From Octopus vulgaris (Eukaryota), in assembly GCA_951406725.2 (NCBI GenBank), contig OX597823.1:2728001-2792000 (forward strand): a DNA stretch of 64,000 nucleotides. The letters run 5' to 3'. The notes beneath the pieces are model-generated. The model was not told the DNA's origin. It made no database searches and worked only from the letters and a program-made list of their open reading frames with translations. This document shows, piece by piece, positions 1-13,098 of the stretch; the stretch's first letter is position 1, and each line of letters begins with the position of its first letter. A program made the translations under genes and the position numbers.

Positions 1-1735
1 TTTTTGAACGAAGAAAGGTGGTTGCGTAAACTTTGTTTAAAATAAGCAGAACAAGAACATATGTAATAATCAGAAGTGCCATCAGTTGTTACTATACATC
101 TAAAAACTAAGCATTTTTATGAGACATTGCCTTCAAGTGGACATACTAATTTGTTCTTATAGTTACGATAATGCTTATTAGTACTAACTTATGCTTGCTA
201 CCGGTAGAAATATCATGTACCCCATCTATAATGTTACGTATCACTTTATGGTTATTATCAGTTTCGCTATAGATTGAAGTAGATGTATCATTGCTTTTCC
301 TTACTCAGCTCATTTAATTCAGATGAGTGTAGTTTGGGCTCAGCTGCCTCCTTTATACTATCTTCTGTAGTTCTTTAGTGTTTTCGCTACTACTGCTAAC
401 TAAATAGTTCATTATCCCACTAGAATCATTCATATTATGTTCCACCTTATCCGTATAGTTATTATTATTACTAGTTATATTACTAATATTTATATTGGTT
501 TTATTATTTGTGCTTACTAGGTTCCTATTAGTTAATTCTCTAACTCTAAAAATTGTAAGCTACAATAATTTGGGCTAGGTTCGTACTTGTATTAAAAGCA
601 AATCTAATCGTGTGCCGATTGAAAATCTGACTCTATTTGTTAGATGGTGGAAACTTAATGCAGCGAAAAATTTTGCAGGTATATTTGCGACTATCTGAGT
701 TCCGAAGACTGCATTATAATATAATATATGTGTCTAGATCTAGCTTTTCTTTTAGTGGGTAGGGGTCACAGTTTTTGTTAACAACTTCATTTTTATATCT
801 GTTGTATGTTTTTTAAAATAAATCTATTACTACATTTAGTACGGGATTTACTTAAAATAACATCGTTATCCATTATTCTTATTATTGTGGTGTTTGGCAC
901 GATGACTGGACATTTCATTATCTTTGTAGAGCTTTTTGTTTTATGCTCACTTATTTACTTATATCTGCTGGGTTCATAATATTAACCTTATTCAAATTTT
1001 ATTAAGTCATTCTATGTTTAAGTGATATTAGAACTATAGCCACAGCGTATTTCAAAGCAATCTTTGTTGGCATGTACCCTGAGATTCTTATGATCCCTCA
1101 CCTAGAATATACTTTAAGAAGGACTTCCAAAAACTTGAATTCTCAGTTCGTTTCATCCAGCCAAACTGAACAAAGCTGCATAGGAATGTCTGCCTCCGAT
1201 GAATGTGTAACGCAAGTGAATCAACTGAATGCTCATAAATGCTAGATCAAGGGATACTAGGACAGTTATCCAGCAGAAACACGTGTTGGATTGGTATTTG
1301 CTGAGAATAACACTTTAATAAATAGATTTTGAAGATGTATAATTCTCCATTCTTCTTTATGATGTCTTCTTGATTCTACATGTGTGTATACAGAACGGGT
1401 CTCCAAGCAGTTCGTGCCTATTAAATTCCACTTAGAGAACTACGTTAAGTGACACATGCTCTAGAACCACGCGATTGCCGCTGCCAGTTCTAATAAACCC
1501 ACTTTTTCTGCTTCTTTACATACTAAAAAAAATTACAAGAAAAGTCTAGGTTTTTCCTGTATTAGAAAATCTGTTTATACATAAAAAAACAAACAAACAA
1601 ACAAAAGAACTGAAAGGGAAATTAATATTAAAACTGTTTTAATATCTGTGGACCTCGGTAATGCCTAGCGAGCCCCAGATATTTAAATTATTGTTTAAAT
1701 ATATAATTGTTCTAAATAAGGATCTGCTGACTTAC

Positions 1736-1836
1736 TTTGAAGGGATTTCTTCACACAATCTTATTGATTTGGGGTTACAACGATTAAGACGTTGATATCC
1801 AAACCACGTGTCTTCCTTCCAATGTTTAAAAGAATC
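1736..1836 (-). CDS. Lipoxygenase, exon 5 ([33 protein letters not shown]); gene continues left of window
   Basis: catacag|GAT acceptor and TCAAA|gtaagt donor; 101 nt, phase 0 in / phase 2 out; peptide matches the lipoxygenase W-x-x-D-x-x-F-G-x-Q-x-L-N-G-x-N-P motif. Confidence 0.92.
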
Positions 1837-1929
1837 CTGTATGTATGACAAAGACAACAAAACTAAACATTGATTTCTAATATAGAAACAAGATTTCCAG
1901 TTTTATTTGTAATTGGGAGAAGGTTACAT

Positions 1930-2112
1930 GCTGGCAGGATCGTTAGGGTAGCACACCGGACAAAATACTTAGTGGCATTTATTCCGGCTTTACATTCGGA
2001 GGTCATCTTTTTGTGGTCGATAAAGTAAGTTCCAGTCACTCACTGGAGTCGATGAAATCGACTATCTCCCTCCCCACAACATTTCAAGACTTGTGCCTAT
2101 CGTAAAGAGGAT
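1930..2112 (+). mobile_element. Degenerate tRNA-derived SINE (same family as 32963-33177); a more decayed inverted copy follows at ~2130-2290
   Basis: ctggcag..cgttag..caccgg..aaatacttag..ggtcgataaa..aagt.ccag..ctgg.gtcgat..ttgtgccta aligns by eye to the intact copy. Confidence 0.65.
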
Positions 2113-2413
2113 TTGTAGTAGGAAAGGTATAGTTAATTAAGACCCACTACCAATACATAATTTGCATTTCATTATCGACCCCCAAAGAATCGAAAGCAAT
2201 CGTGACTTTGGTAGTAATCGGAACGAGACCATAAATAAGTCTTATGAAATACCATAAAGAATTTTTGTACGACGCACCAGAATTTGTTGTCTATCGACTT
2301 AACTTTTGTTTGTCCGTGTAAACCAGAACTCACTGTTCTGAAACAAAAAAATGTAACTAAACTTACATTAGAGAATTTAGTACTAGAAACAAGATACTTG
2401 AGGGAAATTGTGC

Positions 2414-2837
<424 letters not shown>

Positions 2838-3579
2838 ATATATCTGATGAATTCCGTTGCTTCGTACAACCAAATTTCCTTAAAAAAAAAACTGATTGGT
2901 CAATTCTAGACAATTAAAATCACATACTCCGGCTGCCGTGCTGTAAGATTGAATTAGGTTCAGCCTGATAGAAAAGGAAGTCTCCTTGCTACACAACTCT
3001 ACCTTCAGTTTATCATTTATATTCTGACCCTTAAAATGTACTCTTTGGGTTAGATATAAATATTGTTATTGAAATGTATTGTTTGTTTTCAGATTCATTT
3101 CAACTCTGATAGAGCAAACGTTTTGAGCGAAAGCATTCCAGCCTTGTTCAGGTTGTCTTTTCTTCAGATTTAGTGCGTTTAAGTATGTATTAAACCCAAT
3201 TTTTTAAGACGGTACGCATGACGTATGGAAGATTTAGCTATTACTTTTAATAGATCAAGCAACTGTATACAGCATTTGTTTTTTTAGTTGATCCATCGTC
3301 CTCTGATCAACAATCACCCTCCTAACCAGGCTACCGTCTGCGGCCTTACCTTCATTTTCGTTATAGGTATACATAATCATGTGATCTCGAGTGCTGTATA
3401 TCTGAAATGAAATTGGATGGTGGGAATGTCTTTGATCATAGGTTTAGTTTGTTGGGTAGATCTATAGCAAATGATAACTTTAGCCTATTTTGAATTTCTT
3501 GAGTTTCATATATAATTAGCCCTTGTTGTCATTTAGTTCTATACTAATCGCCATTGAGCAAACAGAGTATCAGAAGCGT

Positions 3580-3667
<88 letters not shown>

Positions 3668-3674
<7 letters not shown>

Positions 3675-3901
3675 TTTCGGTGCGAATGTGTTTTTTATAC
3701 GCCGCCGAGTTTACAATCCTTTAAATAATAATAATGATGGTATTCTTATATAAGCTTAACGCTTACCGTGCGATGACACCGATTGGAAAGCCTTCTTTAT
3801 TCTGTCGAGGGCTTATACGCCACTTTATTGGACTATTTTCCTTAGTCATTGCACGATGATCGCCATGAGCTTTAAGCTTATATAAAAATGCCATTACTAT
3901 T

Positions 3902-3978
<77 letters not shown>

Positions 3979-4030
3979 CATACATACATACATATATATA
4001 AGGAAGGAAGGCATAGGAGGAGGCGGGGAA
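3668..4030 (-). repeat. Right arm of the inverted pair with 2414-2837
   Basis: Core 3672-3906 is the reverse complement of 2598-2832 with about 3 differences; the flanking aaggcataggaggaggcggggaa is also mirrored. Confidence 0.85.
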
Positions 4031-4465
4031 TCATGACCTTCGAACCTTGAGCCTCACAGCACAGAGGCAATGACAAGAGACCGAGACCTTTGGAGAGATG
4101 CTGTGATTGTTGGACAGCATGCCATGCTTGAAAAGATGAGTCAAGTAAAATCAAAATCAAATTCAAAATGGAAATTGTACTTGTGGCTGATGTCAGCTCC
4201 ACCTGACAGGCACCCGTGCTGGTGGCACGTAATAAGCACCATTCAAGCGTAGCCTGTGCTGCCTGACTGGCTCCTGTGCCGGAGGAATGTAAAAGCACCC
4301 TCTACATTCTCGGAGTGGTTGGCGTTAGGATGGGCATCCAGCTGTAGAAACCTTGCCAGATCAGATTGGAGCCTGGTGCAGCTACCTGGCTTGCCAGTCC
4401 CCAATCAAACCGTCCAACCCATGCCAGCATGGAAAACGGACGTTAAACGATGATGGTGATGATCA

Positions 4466-4468
<3 letters not shown>
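4031..4468 (+). mobile_element. 3' end of an RTE-like LINE with (GAT)n tail
   Basis: Remnant peptide EAMTRDRDLWRDAV (RTE C-terminal 'DR..WR..V' motif), followed by a 3'UTR ending gacgttaaacgatgatggtgatgat. Confidence 0.6.
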
Positions 4469-4517
<49 letters not shown>

Positions 4518-4518
<1 letters not shown>

Positions 4519-7500
4519 GTAGAAATAGGTTTCAAAGAGAAAAGAAACTACACTTTGTATAAATATGTAAAAACTAAAAATAAAAGAGAAAATGCACATT
4601 GCATATGAAAAAATATAGGCTTTTTATGAACAGCAATGATAAATATATACAATTAAATGACCTGAGGTAGAATTAAGAGGTATAAAAGTCATTATTTTGT
4701 TAAAGAGATTCAATGTCATACCGGTATTGTCAAAAGCTGTTCACTGTCTTTGAATGAGCACCGATTTCCAAACGGTGTCGGGTCTACTCTTTGTCGGAGT
4801 GACATTCCTGTTTGCCCATCAGTACCCGCCAAAAGGTGGGGGCATGTGCCACAGTTAGGCCGCCCGTATTTTTCACTTTTGGTTCCTTTGTTAATAGATA
4901 TAGTCTTGTGTTGGTTAATATTATTTTTAATGATTTCGGTTGCATTTTGCTCTTGATAATTTTGTGTGAGCCTAAAATTTTTTCATTGTTTTATCTCCTG
5001 TGAGAATGGATAGATTTTGTATGATGATGTTGAAGGCCTCATTGTTTCTATGGTTGTGTGTGAAGTATGGGAGTATTTTAAAGTCTGGTTTGGTATTTCG
5101 GTTGACTTCCTTAATGTTCGTATGTCTATTTCCTTTTCTCGTTTAATCCCATCAGTTATTAATGATGCTGGGTAATGTCTCTTGATTAGTATTGATCTGA
5201 GTTCAAGGAGTCTTCGTTCACGAGTATAGGTGTCCGAAACTATAGTACAGATTATTTTCGCTAGATTATAAGTATATTAATTTTTATGTGTTTGGGATGG
5301 CATGAGTTGAATAATAGGCATTGTTTAGAATCTGTGGGTTCATAGAAGATGTCTGTTTCGATATGGTTATTAACTATTTTAATTAGGATGTCAAGAAACG
5401 GAAGTTGTTTATTGCTGTGGTCCATGCTGAATTGTATGTTGCTATTGATATCGTTGTGCATTATTTTGAAGTCAAGGAGTTTGCCCATGCTGTCTTTCCA
5501 AAGTATAAAGCAATCGTCCAAATACCTCTTCCAGTCTTCCTTTAAATAGCAATGAAATGAGGTGCCATATTTTTGTAGTTAGGATTGGTATATTTTAAGT
5601 GCTAGGTAACCCATTACAAGGTTCGCAATCACTGGAGCAAATCGAGTTCCCATTGCAATTCCACATTTTTGTCGATACTAAACTGTATCGAACATTAATT
5701 AGCTGTTCAGTAGGATGAATTTGAGTGCTGCAATTATGAATCTGTGGTTGATGCAACCTGGGATCTCTTCCGGGTATTTTTCTAGCCAGAAGGTGATTGC
5801 TTCTATACCATAATCGTGTGGGATATTAGTGTACAAATTCACCACATCGAATGATAATAACAGGGTTCCTTCATTTATTGTCTTCGGGAGGTGGTTAAAC
5901 ATGTCTAAGTCTTCCCTGATGAAGATTTTCACATATTTTAGAAACGGTTTGAGTAAGCTTTCGAGAAAGTTGCTCAAACGGTGGGTTTCACAAGCAGGGC
6001 TAGCAATGATGGGTCTGAAGTCAGTAGTGGGAGGTACATTAATGCATACGCTAGGAGAATTTTGCAAGATTTACAAATATGTAGATTTTTGTGTATTTTA
6101 GGTACTCCGCAGAATAGAGTAGATCTGTATTTAAAATTGAATAAATAGTTAATTTCATGTTTAGTGAGGCCCTTTCCATGTATTTGAAGTTAGGAGGATA
6201 AGCTTTTAAGTGTCTTCTGTGGTTTGTATTGTACTATCTTCTCATAGTAAATATTATTTTCCAATTTGGAGAGTATAACATTTTTGTAGTACTCTGTGTC
6301 CATCACCACTGCCGCACTTCCTTTGTTGGCTTCTGTAATGGTGAGGTTTATATCATTTTTTAACTCGATTAGGTCGTTCCATTCATTTACATTAAGGCTT
6401 GATTTAATTCGTTGTTTTTGTAAGGTATTAAAAGGAAAACTGGTAATGTGTTCATAAAAAGCATCAAGTGCTTTATTTCTGCCTATTGTAGGACAGTATT
6501 CACTTTTGTTTTTTACTATTGAGTCATCTTCGCTGGTGTAGTTGTGAAGTGCTTCTGTGTGGCGTAATTTTCGGCAGAAAGCCATAGTGTTATCCTTAAT
6601 TTCATTCGGGTTCGATCAGCGGGGGTTGGAGTAAATTTTAAACCTCTTGCTAGAATTTTAGTTTGTGTAGTACTTATGATTTTCTTTGATAAGTTGATTA
6701 TTTCAGTTGTTCATGTATATTTTGTTCCATTTCACATCTCTGTTTCTCTGATTTAGGTTTAAAAAATGGTTGTAGGAGGTGGATTGATGTGGAAGGTCTG
6801 TATAGGAGAAAATGGTTGCACAGTGTGTCTGTGGTAGTATGTCTGTGGTGGGGTGACTCTGTAGTGGACTAAGTTATGGTTGTACTGGGAGTTGTTATAT
6901 TGTCTATGGTTGATGTGGCTTGGGTTAAATTCATTCTTAATTTTGTAATGTGGGTGGAGGAGAAGTTCTGTTGTCTAGTTAGGCTGTGTCTAGTTGAATG
7001 CTTGAAGTATCCATGTTGAGGCTAGGTGTCAGAAGCAAATTTGTCCCTTATCTGAGAGATGATGGGGGTAGATTGGTAGGTAGTGGTTCTCGAATGTTTG
7101 GGTTAGTCTGGAGGCTTGGGTGGATCTTTTGATTTGTATGTTGGGAGCCTTGAAAATTACGTCCGGATTTTCTACTACGAGCGGATTCCCTGTTTGTTGT
7201 TTGTAAGTTATTTGTAGGTAGAAGTGAGGTGAGGTTGGTTGAGTTGTGTCCCCTAGATTGTCTGTGGTTTGAGCCAGAGAAATGTAAGGTCATTTTTGCG
7301 TGGGTTTTTGGTTTATCTTTCTTCAGGAAGGGGTTATCTGATATGTTTTCTATGTTGAACGGTGTTTCGTAGTATTGGAAACAAAATTAGCTTCTCTTTC
7401 CCAGCGTTGTTGGCAATTGATTTCTTCAGTTTCACAAGTTGTTTTCCATTGTTTAAAAACACTCTCCAACAGTTGACCATCTCAATGTTTCCTTAATACG

Positions 7501-8205
7501 GAATATATTTCCTCATCTATGCTTTTAAATTTATGTTCATTTCTTAACGCTTACGTTTAAGGAGTTCGATTTCCGTTTTCCTTTTCTTCCAATGCTAGTC
7601 TCTCCCTTAATTGTCTTTGTTGGTCCTGTTCGTTTGGTATTAGTTTAATTTGAAATTTACGAGGTAAGATTACTGGAGTTGAATTTAACCAGCGTTCATA
7701 ACTTTCTGCCGTGTAGTTGTTTTTAATAATATTCCAGAAAGAAAGTTTTCTGGCTTTAAGTTCCTCCTTCCAAATATGGATAATACGGTTTTTAATTGAT
7801 TGCATTAACGTAGTGGATGTTCTATGGTGTGTATCATCTGTAGGGGATTTTCATTTATGCAACAATTATGAGGTAACGATTGTAGAGTGGTGCATAATTC
7901 GGTCAAATGTTGATTGAATTGTTCCAGAGATTGCCCTTTCTCTTCTTGTGTAAATCGTTTATGTTCATCAATCTTATTAATTATGAGTCTCAAATTCGAG
8001 CTAATCTTTTTTAGTTCCTTTAGAGTATCTTCGTTGAAAGTTTTAACTGAAAAGTTTGGTATCTGTGGCATTTTAAATCTCACGTTTAGTAAAACACAAT
8101 AGAAATAGGTTTCAAAGAGAAAAGAAACTACACGCGGTATGAATAAGGGAAAAGAAAAAAGAGAAAATGCATGTTGGATATAAAAATAAAGACCTTTTTA
8201 TGGGT
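4518..8205 (-). mobile_element. Near full-length but frameshifted Penelope-like retroelement
   Basis: ORF pieces 6190-6585 (EANKGSAAVVMD), 5699-6067 (RPIIAS..SFDVVNLYTNIP) and 5261-5521 (DDCF..LPFLD..YEPTDSKQCLLFNSCHP) are PLE RT motifs; direct repeat agaaataggtttcaaagagaaaagaaactacac at ~4521 and ~8101 (pLTR). Confidence 0.9.
4715..4765 (-). ncRNA. Second copy of the G3-C8 hammerhead-like motif, with G12A (probably inactive)
   Basis: ATCG-GTGCTCA-TTCAAAG..CTTTTGAC-AATAC-CG-GTA-TGAC. Confidence 0.42.
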
Positions 8206-8835
8206 GCAGTAATCAATATATTGGGCAAACAGGAATGTCTCTCCGACGAAGAACAACTCTTCACAAAGAACAAATCCGTTATCCACAATACAGACAGATA
8301 CAGGCCAGTGAACACAGAAAAATGTGCTAGGAACCTTAAACCAAACTTCCTAATTTTCCCTTTCTATCAAAGTTCACAGTACACCTAACTACAGCAAAGA
8401 ATGAATAAAGAGGCGACGTTCATTAATAAATATCATCCAGAACTCAATATGAACACATAACATAATACAGGACACTACTAACCTTACCAACAATACCACT
8501 AATTTCCATGCATCCTATACACCAATCATATTACAATATATATATCTACCCTAATTGCACCACTTCCAGAACTGCTTTCTTCCTTTGCATATAATCTTTT
8601 TACTCAGGGACTAGTAGACCCGACACCGTTTGGAAGTCAGTGCTCATTCAAAGCCAGTGAATATCTTTTGACGATACCGGTATGACTTTGAATCTCTTTA
8701 ACAATTCAAAATAATGACTTTTATACCTCTTAATTCTACCTCAGTTCATCTAATTGTGTATTTATATATATCGTTATTGTTAATAAAAAAGCCATTATTT
8801 TTATATGCAATGTGCAGTTTCTCTTTTTTATTTTT
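8206..8835 (+). mobile_element. Inverted 3' fragment of a Penelope-like element (GIY-YIG remnant + 3'UTR/pLTR)
   Basis: Encodes GCSNQYIGQTGMSLRRRTTLHKEQIR; 8615-8835 is the reverse complement of ~4570-4790. Confidence 0.85.
8634..8688 (+). ncRNA. Hammerhead-like motif, variant core (G3-C8, C6, U14)
   Basis: AAGTCA-GTGCTCA-TTCAAAG..CTTTTGAC-GATAC-CG-GTA-TGACTT: 6-bp stem I, stem II, palindromic stem III; activity unknown. Confidence 0.5.
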
Positions 8836-8846
8836 ACCCCCCCCCC

Positions 8847-8893
<47 letters not shown>

Positions 8894-9114
8894 GGTATGT
8901 ATGTATGAATATATGTATGTATGTATGTGTGTATGTGTGTGTGTATGTATGTATGTATGTATGTATGTATGAATGTATGTATGAATGAATGTATGTATGT
9001 ATGTGTGTATGTATGTATGAATGTATGTATGTATATGTGTATAAGTTTGAATATGTGTGTTCCTCCTAAAATTCATGAGGTATTTTCAAAAATAAAACTA
9101 TTCTAAGCACATAC

Positions 9115-9243
9115 CTTCGGTTCCAGAAGAAGGCTGCGGCTGTATATCAAGTTTAAGTCATCTAGCTTCTCCAATGTCCATATTGTCAATTTAGCATACA
9201 ACTCTTTAATGTCGGTTTCCGCTACGTCCAATTCGATTCTCAT
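9115..9243 (-). CDS. Lipoxygenase, exon 4 (MRIELDVAETDIKELYAKLTIWTLEKLDDLNLIYSRSLLLEPK)
   Basis: ttttatttcag|ATG acceptor and AAG|gtatgt donor; 129 nt, phase 0-0, open frame that joins exons 3 and 5 in frame; corresponds to the helix alpha2 / 'LDD..IY...P' segment preceding the WxxD motif. Confidence 0.85.
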
Positions 9244-9456
9244 CTGAAATAAAATGTTACGTTTTATTTAAGGGTTGAAAAGGTCAAGTTTGTATGAGAG
9301 CAAAGAGACGCGACTGATACGGACAGTACATATATTCGATACATGTTTTCTATATTTTCTATGGATACCTACTCATACATACAAATATAAGCACAAAAAA
9401 TAGATGTATATTTATCGCGCTCCTCCCACTCTCTCTATTTCTTCTTCATCTTCTTC

Positions 9457-9504
<48 letters not shown>

Positions 9505-9975
9505 TTCTTCTTCTTCTTCTTCTTCTTCTTCTTCTTCTTCTTCTTCTTCTTCTTCTTCTTCGTCCCCCCTCTCTCTCTCTCTCTCACACACACACACTTA
9601 AACGTAGCATTAGTAGATTCAACATTTTATTCATCATTTTCAGTTGATTGGGACTTCAAATTTTGCCTTAACAGACTGTTCAACTAGTTAGATTCACGCT
9701 GATATACTCAATTCAACATTATGCGTGATTCCATTATTTCACTCACTGATGGTTGAACTGTTATAAAAATTAGACTAATATATTAAGTTCTTCCTGTTGA
9801 CTCTATTTATTCAATTTATATACACACACGTGCACATATAAATATATATATATATATATTATATATATATAGTCAATTCGAGGATGTCAGGTCTTCGTTA
9901 AGAATTAAGGAATCCAAAAACCTTTCAACCTCATTATATCATACAAATAAATTTTTAATATATCCATAAGTCTCC

Positions 9976-10034
<59 letters not shown>

Positions 10035-10196
10035 TATACATACATTCATACATACACACGCACACTCACACACACACACACGTATATATATGTATGTATA
10101 AATAAATATATATATATATATATATTATAAGAATCTTTTGCGTAATGAGATAAAAAACCAAGGCTGTGTAGATATTAGAACATTTATAGACAGAAG

Positions 10197-10248
10197 GCCT
10201 TAGAGCTGTTTCCAGGATATTTAATAATTATATCCCTTCATTGGAGAC
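10197..10248 (-). ncRNA. Decayed hammerhead motif in a pLTR-like fragment
   Basis: GTCT-CCAATGA-AGGGATAT..ATATCCTG-GAAAC-AGCT-CTA-AGGC; stems retained, core has U4C, G5A and G16.2C. Confidence 0.5.
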
Positions 10249-10297
10249 AGTGTGAGAGGATGGTTGGGTCTCAAGGACACCATTACCTCTTATAACC

Positions 10298-10350
<53 letters not shown>

Positions 10351-10372
10351 GTGTGTGTGTGTGTGTGTGTGT

Positions 10373-11648
10373 ATCCTTTAAGTTCTGTCTAAATTTTGAA
10401 TAAAGGAAACAAGTGATCAAATGTTATATTTAATTGAAAGTTAATCATCAATGTACTTTCCCTGATTATCAATGACTTCCTTCCATCTATTTACAAGCTT
10501 TTTAATCCCATCAATGTAAAACTCTTTTGTTTTCAAAGGGAAGAACTCTGAAATGTCAGTTTCGACCTCCTCCTGGCTTGCGAAAGTTACGTCCCCCAAA
10601 TTATTCTGTAAACTACGAAACAAATGGTAGTCTGAAGGAGCAAGGTCGGGAGAATAAGGTGGACGAGGAATTTTTTCCAACCAAGCTCTTCGATCTTCTG
10701 TGATGTGATCTTTGCAGCGTGGGGTCGTGCATTGTCCTGATGAAATATCACTCCTTTTCGAATCACTAAAGCGGGTCTTTTTTTTCTTCAAAGCTTGGTT
10801 CAAACGCTCTAATTGCTGACACTTGCTTTGAACATTGATTGTTGAATTAGGTGGTAACAATTCAAAGTGAATTACTCCTTTGCAATCCGAGAGAAGAACT
10901 ATTTTTCCATGAAGTTCCCTTCTCAGTTGTGGTTGAGTTTTTTCCCTTTTACCAGGTCACTGTTTACGACATTTAACATTTTGATAGAAGATCCATTTTT
11001 CGTCACCAGTCACAAGTCTATCCAAAAGGGGTGAAATGAGTTCACGAGAATGGAGAGAAGAGCAGATGTCAACTCGGGATTTGCGGTTGCTTTCGGACAA
11101 TTCATGAGGCACCCATTTTCCAAGTTTAGAAAACCTTTCCAATTTGTTGAAGACGACTATGAATAGTTGTATGGTTTGAACTAAGCTTTATTGCCAATTC
11201 TTCAACTGATAATGCAGGATTTTCTTCAAGTAATGCCTCAAGGAGCTTATCATCAAACTCAACTGGACGTCCTGTTCAATCTTCATCTTCAAGGCTGAAA
11301 TCGCCACTTCTGAGTTTTGCAAACCATCTTCATCAAGTTCTTTCATTCAAGCATTGTTTCCCATAAACTGAGTGTATGTTTCGAGTCGCTTCGGCTTCAG
11401 AGTTTCTTTTTTTGTACTCATAAAGCATTATGTGCCTCAAATGCTCTTTGAATACTTCCATGTTAGAAAGGATTTTAATCAAAGAAATTTTAATTCTATT
11501 ATTCTGTAAAATAATATTTGATTAGTTTAAATGTACACAAATGCATAAAAGTAATTTTTAATTCCATTAGACGTTCTAAAATACTATTAAATTTCTTTTA
11601 ATTCCAAAAAAGGTAAAATTGGACAGAACTTATGGGATGACCTGATAT
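10373..11648 (-). mobile_element. Mariner (DD34D) transposon, full length, transposase pseudogenised (ATG 11461 to stop 10441)
   Basis: WVPHEL, TGDEKW and PPYSPDLAPSDYHLF motifs; TIR cores taagttctgtc / gacagaactta; stops and frameshifts. Confidence 0.93.
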
Positions 11649-11651
11649 ATG

Positions 11652-11725
<74 letters not shown>

Positions 11726-11779
11726 AAATTAAAAAAGGAAAATACGCACACTTACATTGTTATAGTATAATTTTTAATG

Positions 11780-11812
11780 TATTGACCGGTTTCGCAATCG
11801 CTATTCATGATA
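11780..11812 (-). ncRNA. Second copy of the A3-U8 hammerhead, with a C.A mismatch at the stem I closing pair
   Basis: TATC-ATGAATA-GCGATTGC-GAAAC-CG-GTC-AATA. Confidence 0.6.
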
Positions 11813-13065
11813 TAATGTTTAATTTATATGAAAATATATTTTTTCTTAAGAAGAAATATGGTCCATGTTATTTGTAATGAAATTCACGAGTGAAAGATTT
11901 TACAAGTTGACAAGTAAAGGGAGGTAATTGGTTGTTATTATTGTTATTGTTGTGTATAAGTGAGATAACTGTTTAAGTTTTGGGTAGGGAATAAATGTGT
12001 ACAGAAAGGAGACAGGTTTAAAAAAAGGGCCTTGTTTAGTAGGGGATTTATGTACAGTGATGTAGTGTGTAAAAATATAAAAATATAAAAGTTGGTTATG
12101 CGTGCTTATTAAGATGCATTTTGTATTTTCCAATGAAAACAGTTTCTTTATTTAAGCGTTCTAGTTGAGAGATTGTGTCTTTGCACTGGTAGAAAGGGAA
12201 GACTGTGACATTTGGTTTGATGTTACCTGCACATTTTTCTATGTGTTCACTAAGAGGAATTTGTCTGTATTGCGGGAAACGGATTTGCTCCTTATGCAGA
12301 GTGATTCTCTTCCTCAAAGTTAAAGTTGTCCAATGTACTGATGACTGCAACCCGAGCAGGTTATTATATAAATTAGGTTCTCAGAGGCACAGGTGAAACT
12401 AGTTTTAATTGTGAACCTCTGTCTCGTTTGAAAAGGAAATCCGAGCCTTCAAGCAGGTGGGGGCAGGTTCCACAGTTTGGGTGTCCACACTTTTCAACCG
12501 TTGGTTTCGTGGTTGTTTTGTAAAGCTTCGCGTTTGTTAGTAGTCTCTTTAGCGATTTGTCTTGTTTTTTGCATTTGATGAGTTTGTGTGTTTTCAGGAT
12601 GTCGTTCATTTTTGGATCTCTAGTTAGTAAAGGGAGAGTTTGCACAATAGTGTTGAATGCCTCACTGTTTCTGGGGTTGTGTGTTGATATAAAAAGTAAT
12701 GTTTTGGTTTGAGGTGTGGTGCTATGTTTTTTTGTTCTTAGTGTTTTTGTGTCTAATTGTTTAGCACGTTTAATTGGCCTCGTCGATAAGAGAGGGTGGA
12801 TATTGTCTTTCAATAAGTGTTGTTTTGAGGTCTTGAAGACGAAGGTCCCGAGTTGTTCTATCAGACACTATTGTGCAGATCCTTTTTGTTAAGTTAAAAG
12901 GGATGTTTATTTTTATGTGTTTCGGGTGGCATGAGTTAAAAAGAAGATATTGTTTGGAGCCAGTTGATTTATAATAAATGTCAGTTATAATTTCATTGTT
13001 AACTTTTTTTATATTTTTATATTTCTTCTTAAGAAAAAATATATTTTCATATAAATTAAACATTA

Positions 13066-13098
13066 TATCATGAATAGCGATTGCGAAACCGGTCGATA
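13066..13098 (+). ncRNA. Minimal type I hammerhead with compensatory A3-U8 core pair
   Basis: TATC-ATGAATA-GC-GATT-GC-GAAAC-CG-GTC-GATA: 4-bp stem I, GAAA, palindromic ACCGGT stem III, GUC site. Confidence 0.68.

Noticed and set aside
1190-1292. Possible hammerhead relic (ccgatga...gaaac-acgt-gtt)
   Set aside because: U4C change and no convincing stems I and II; too decayed to call.
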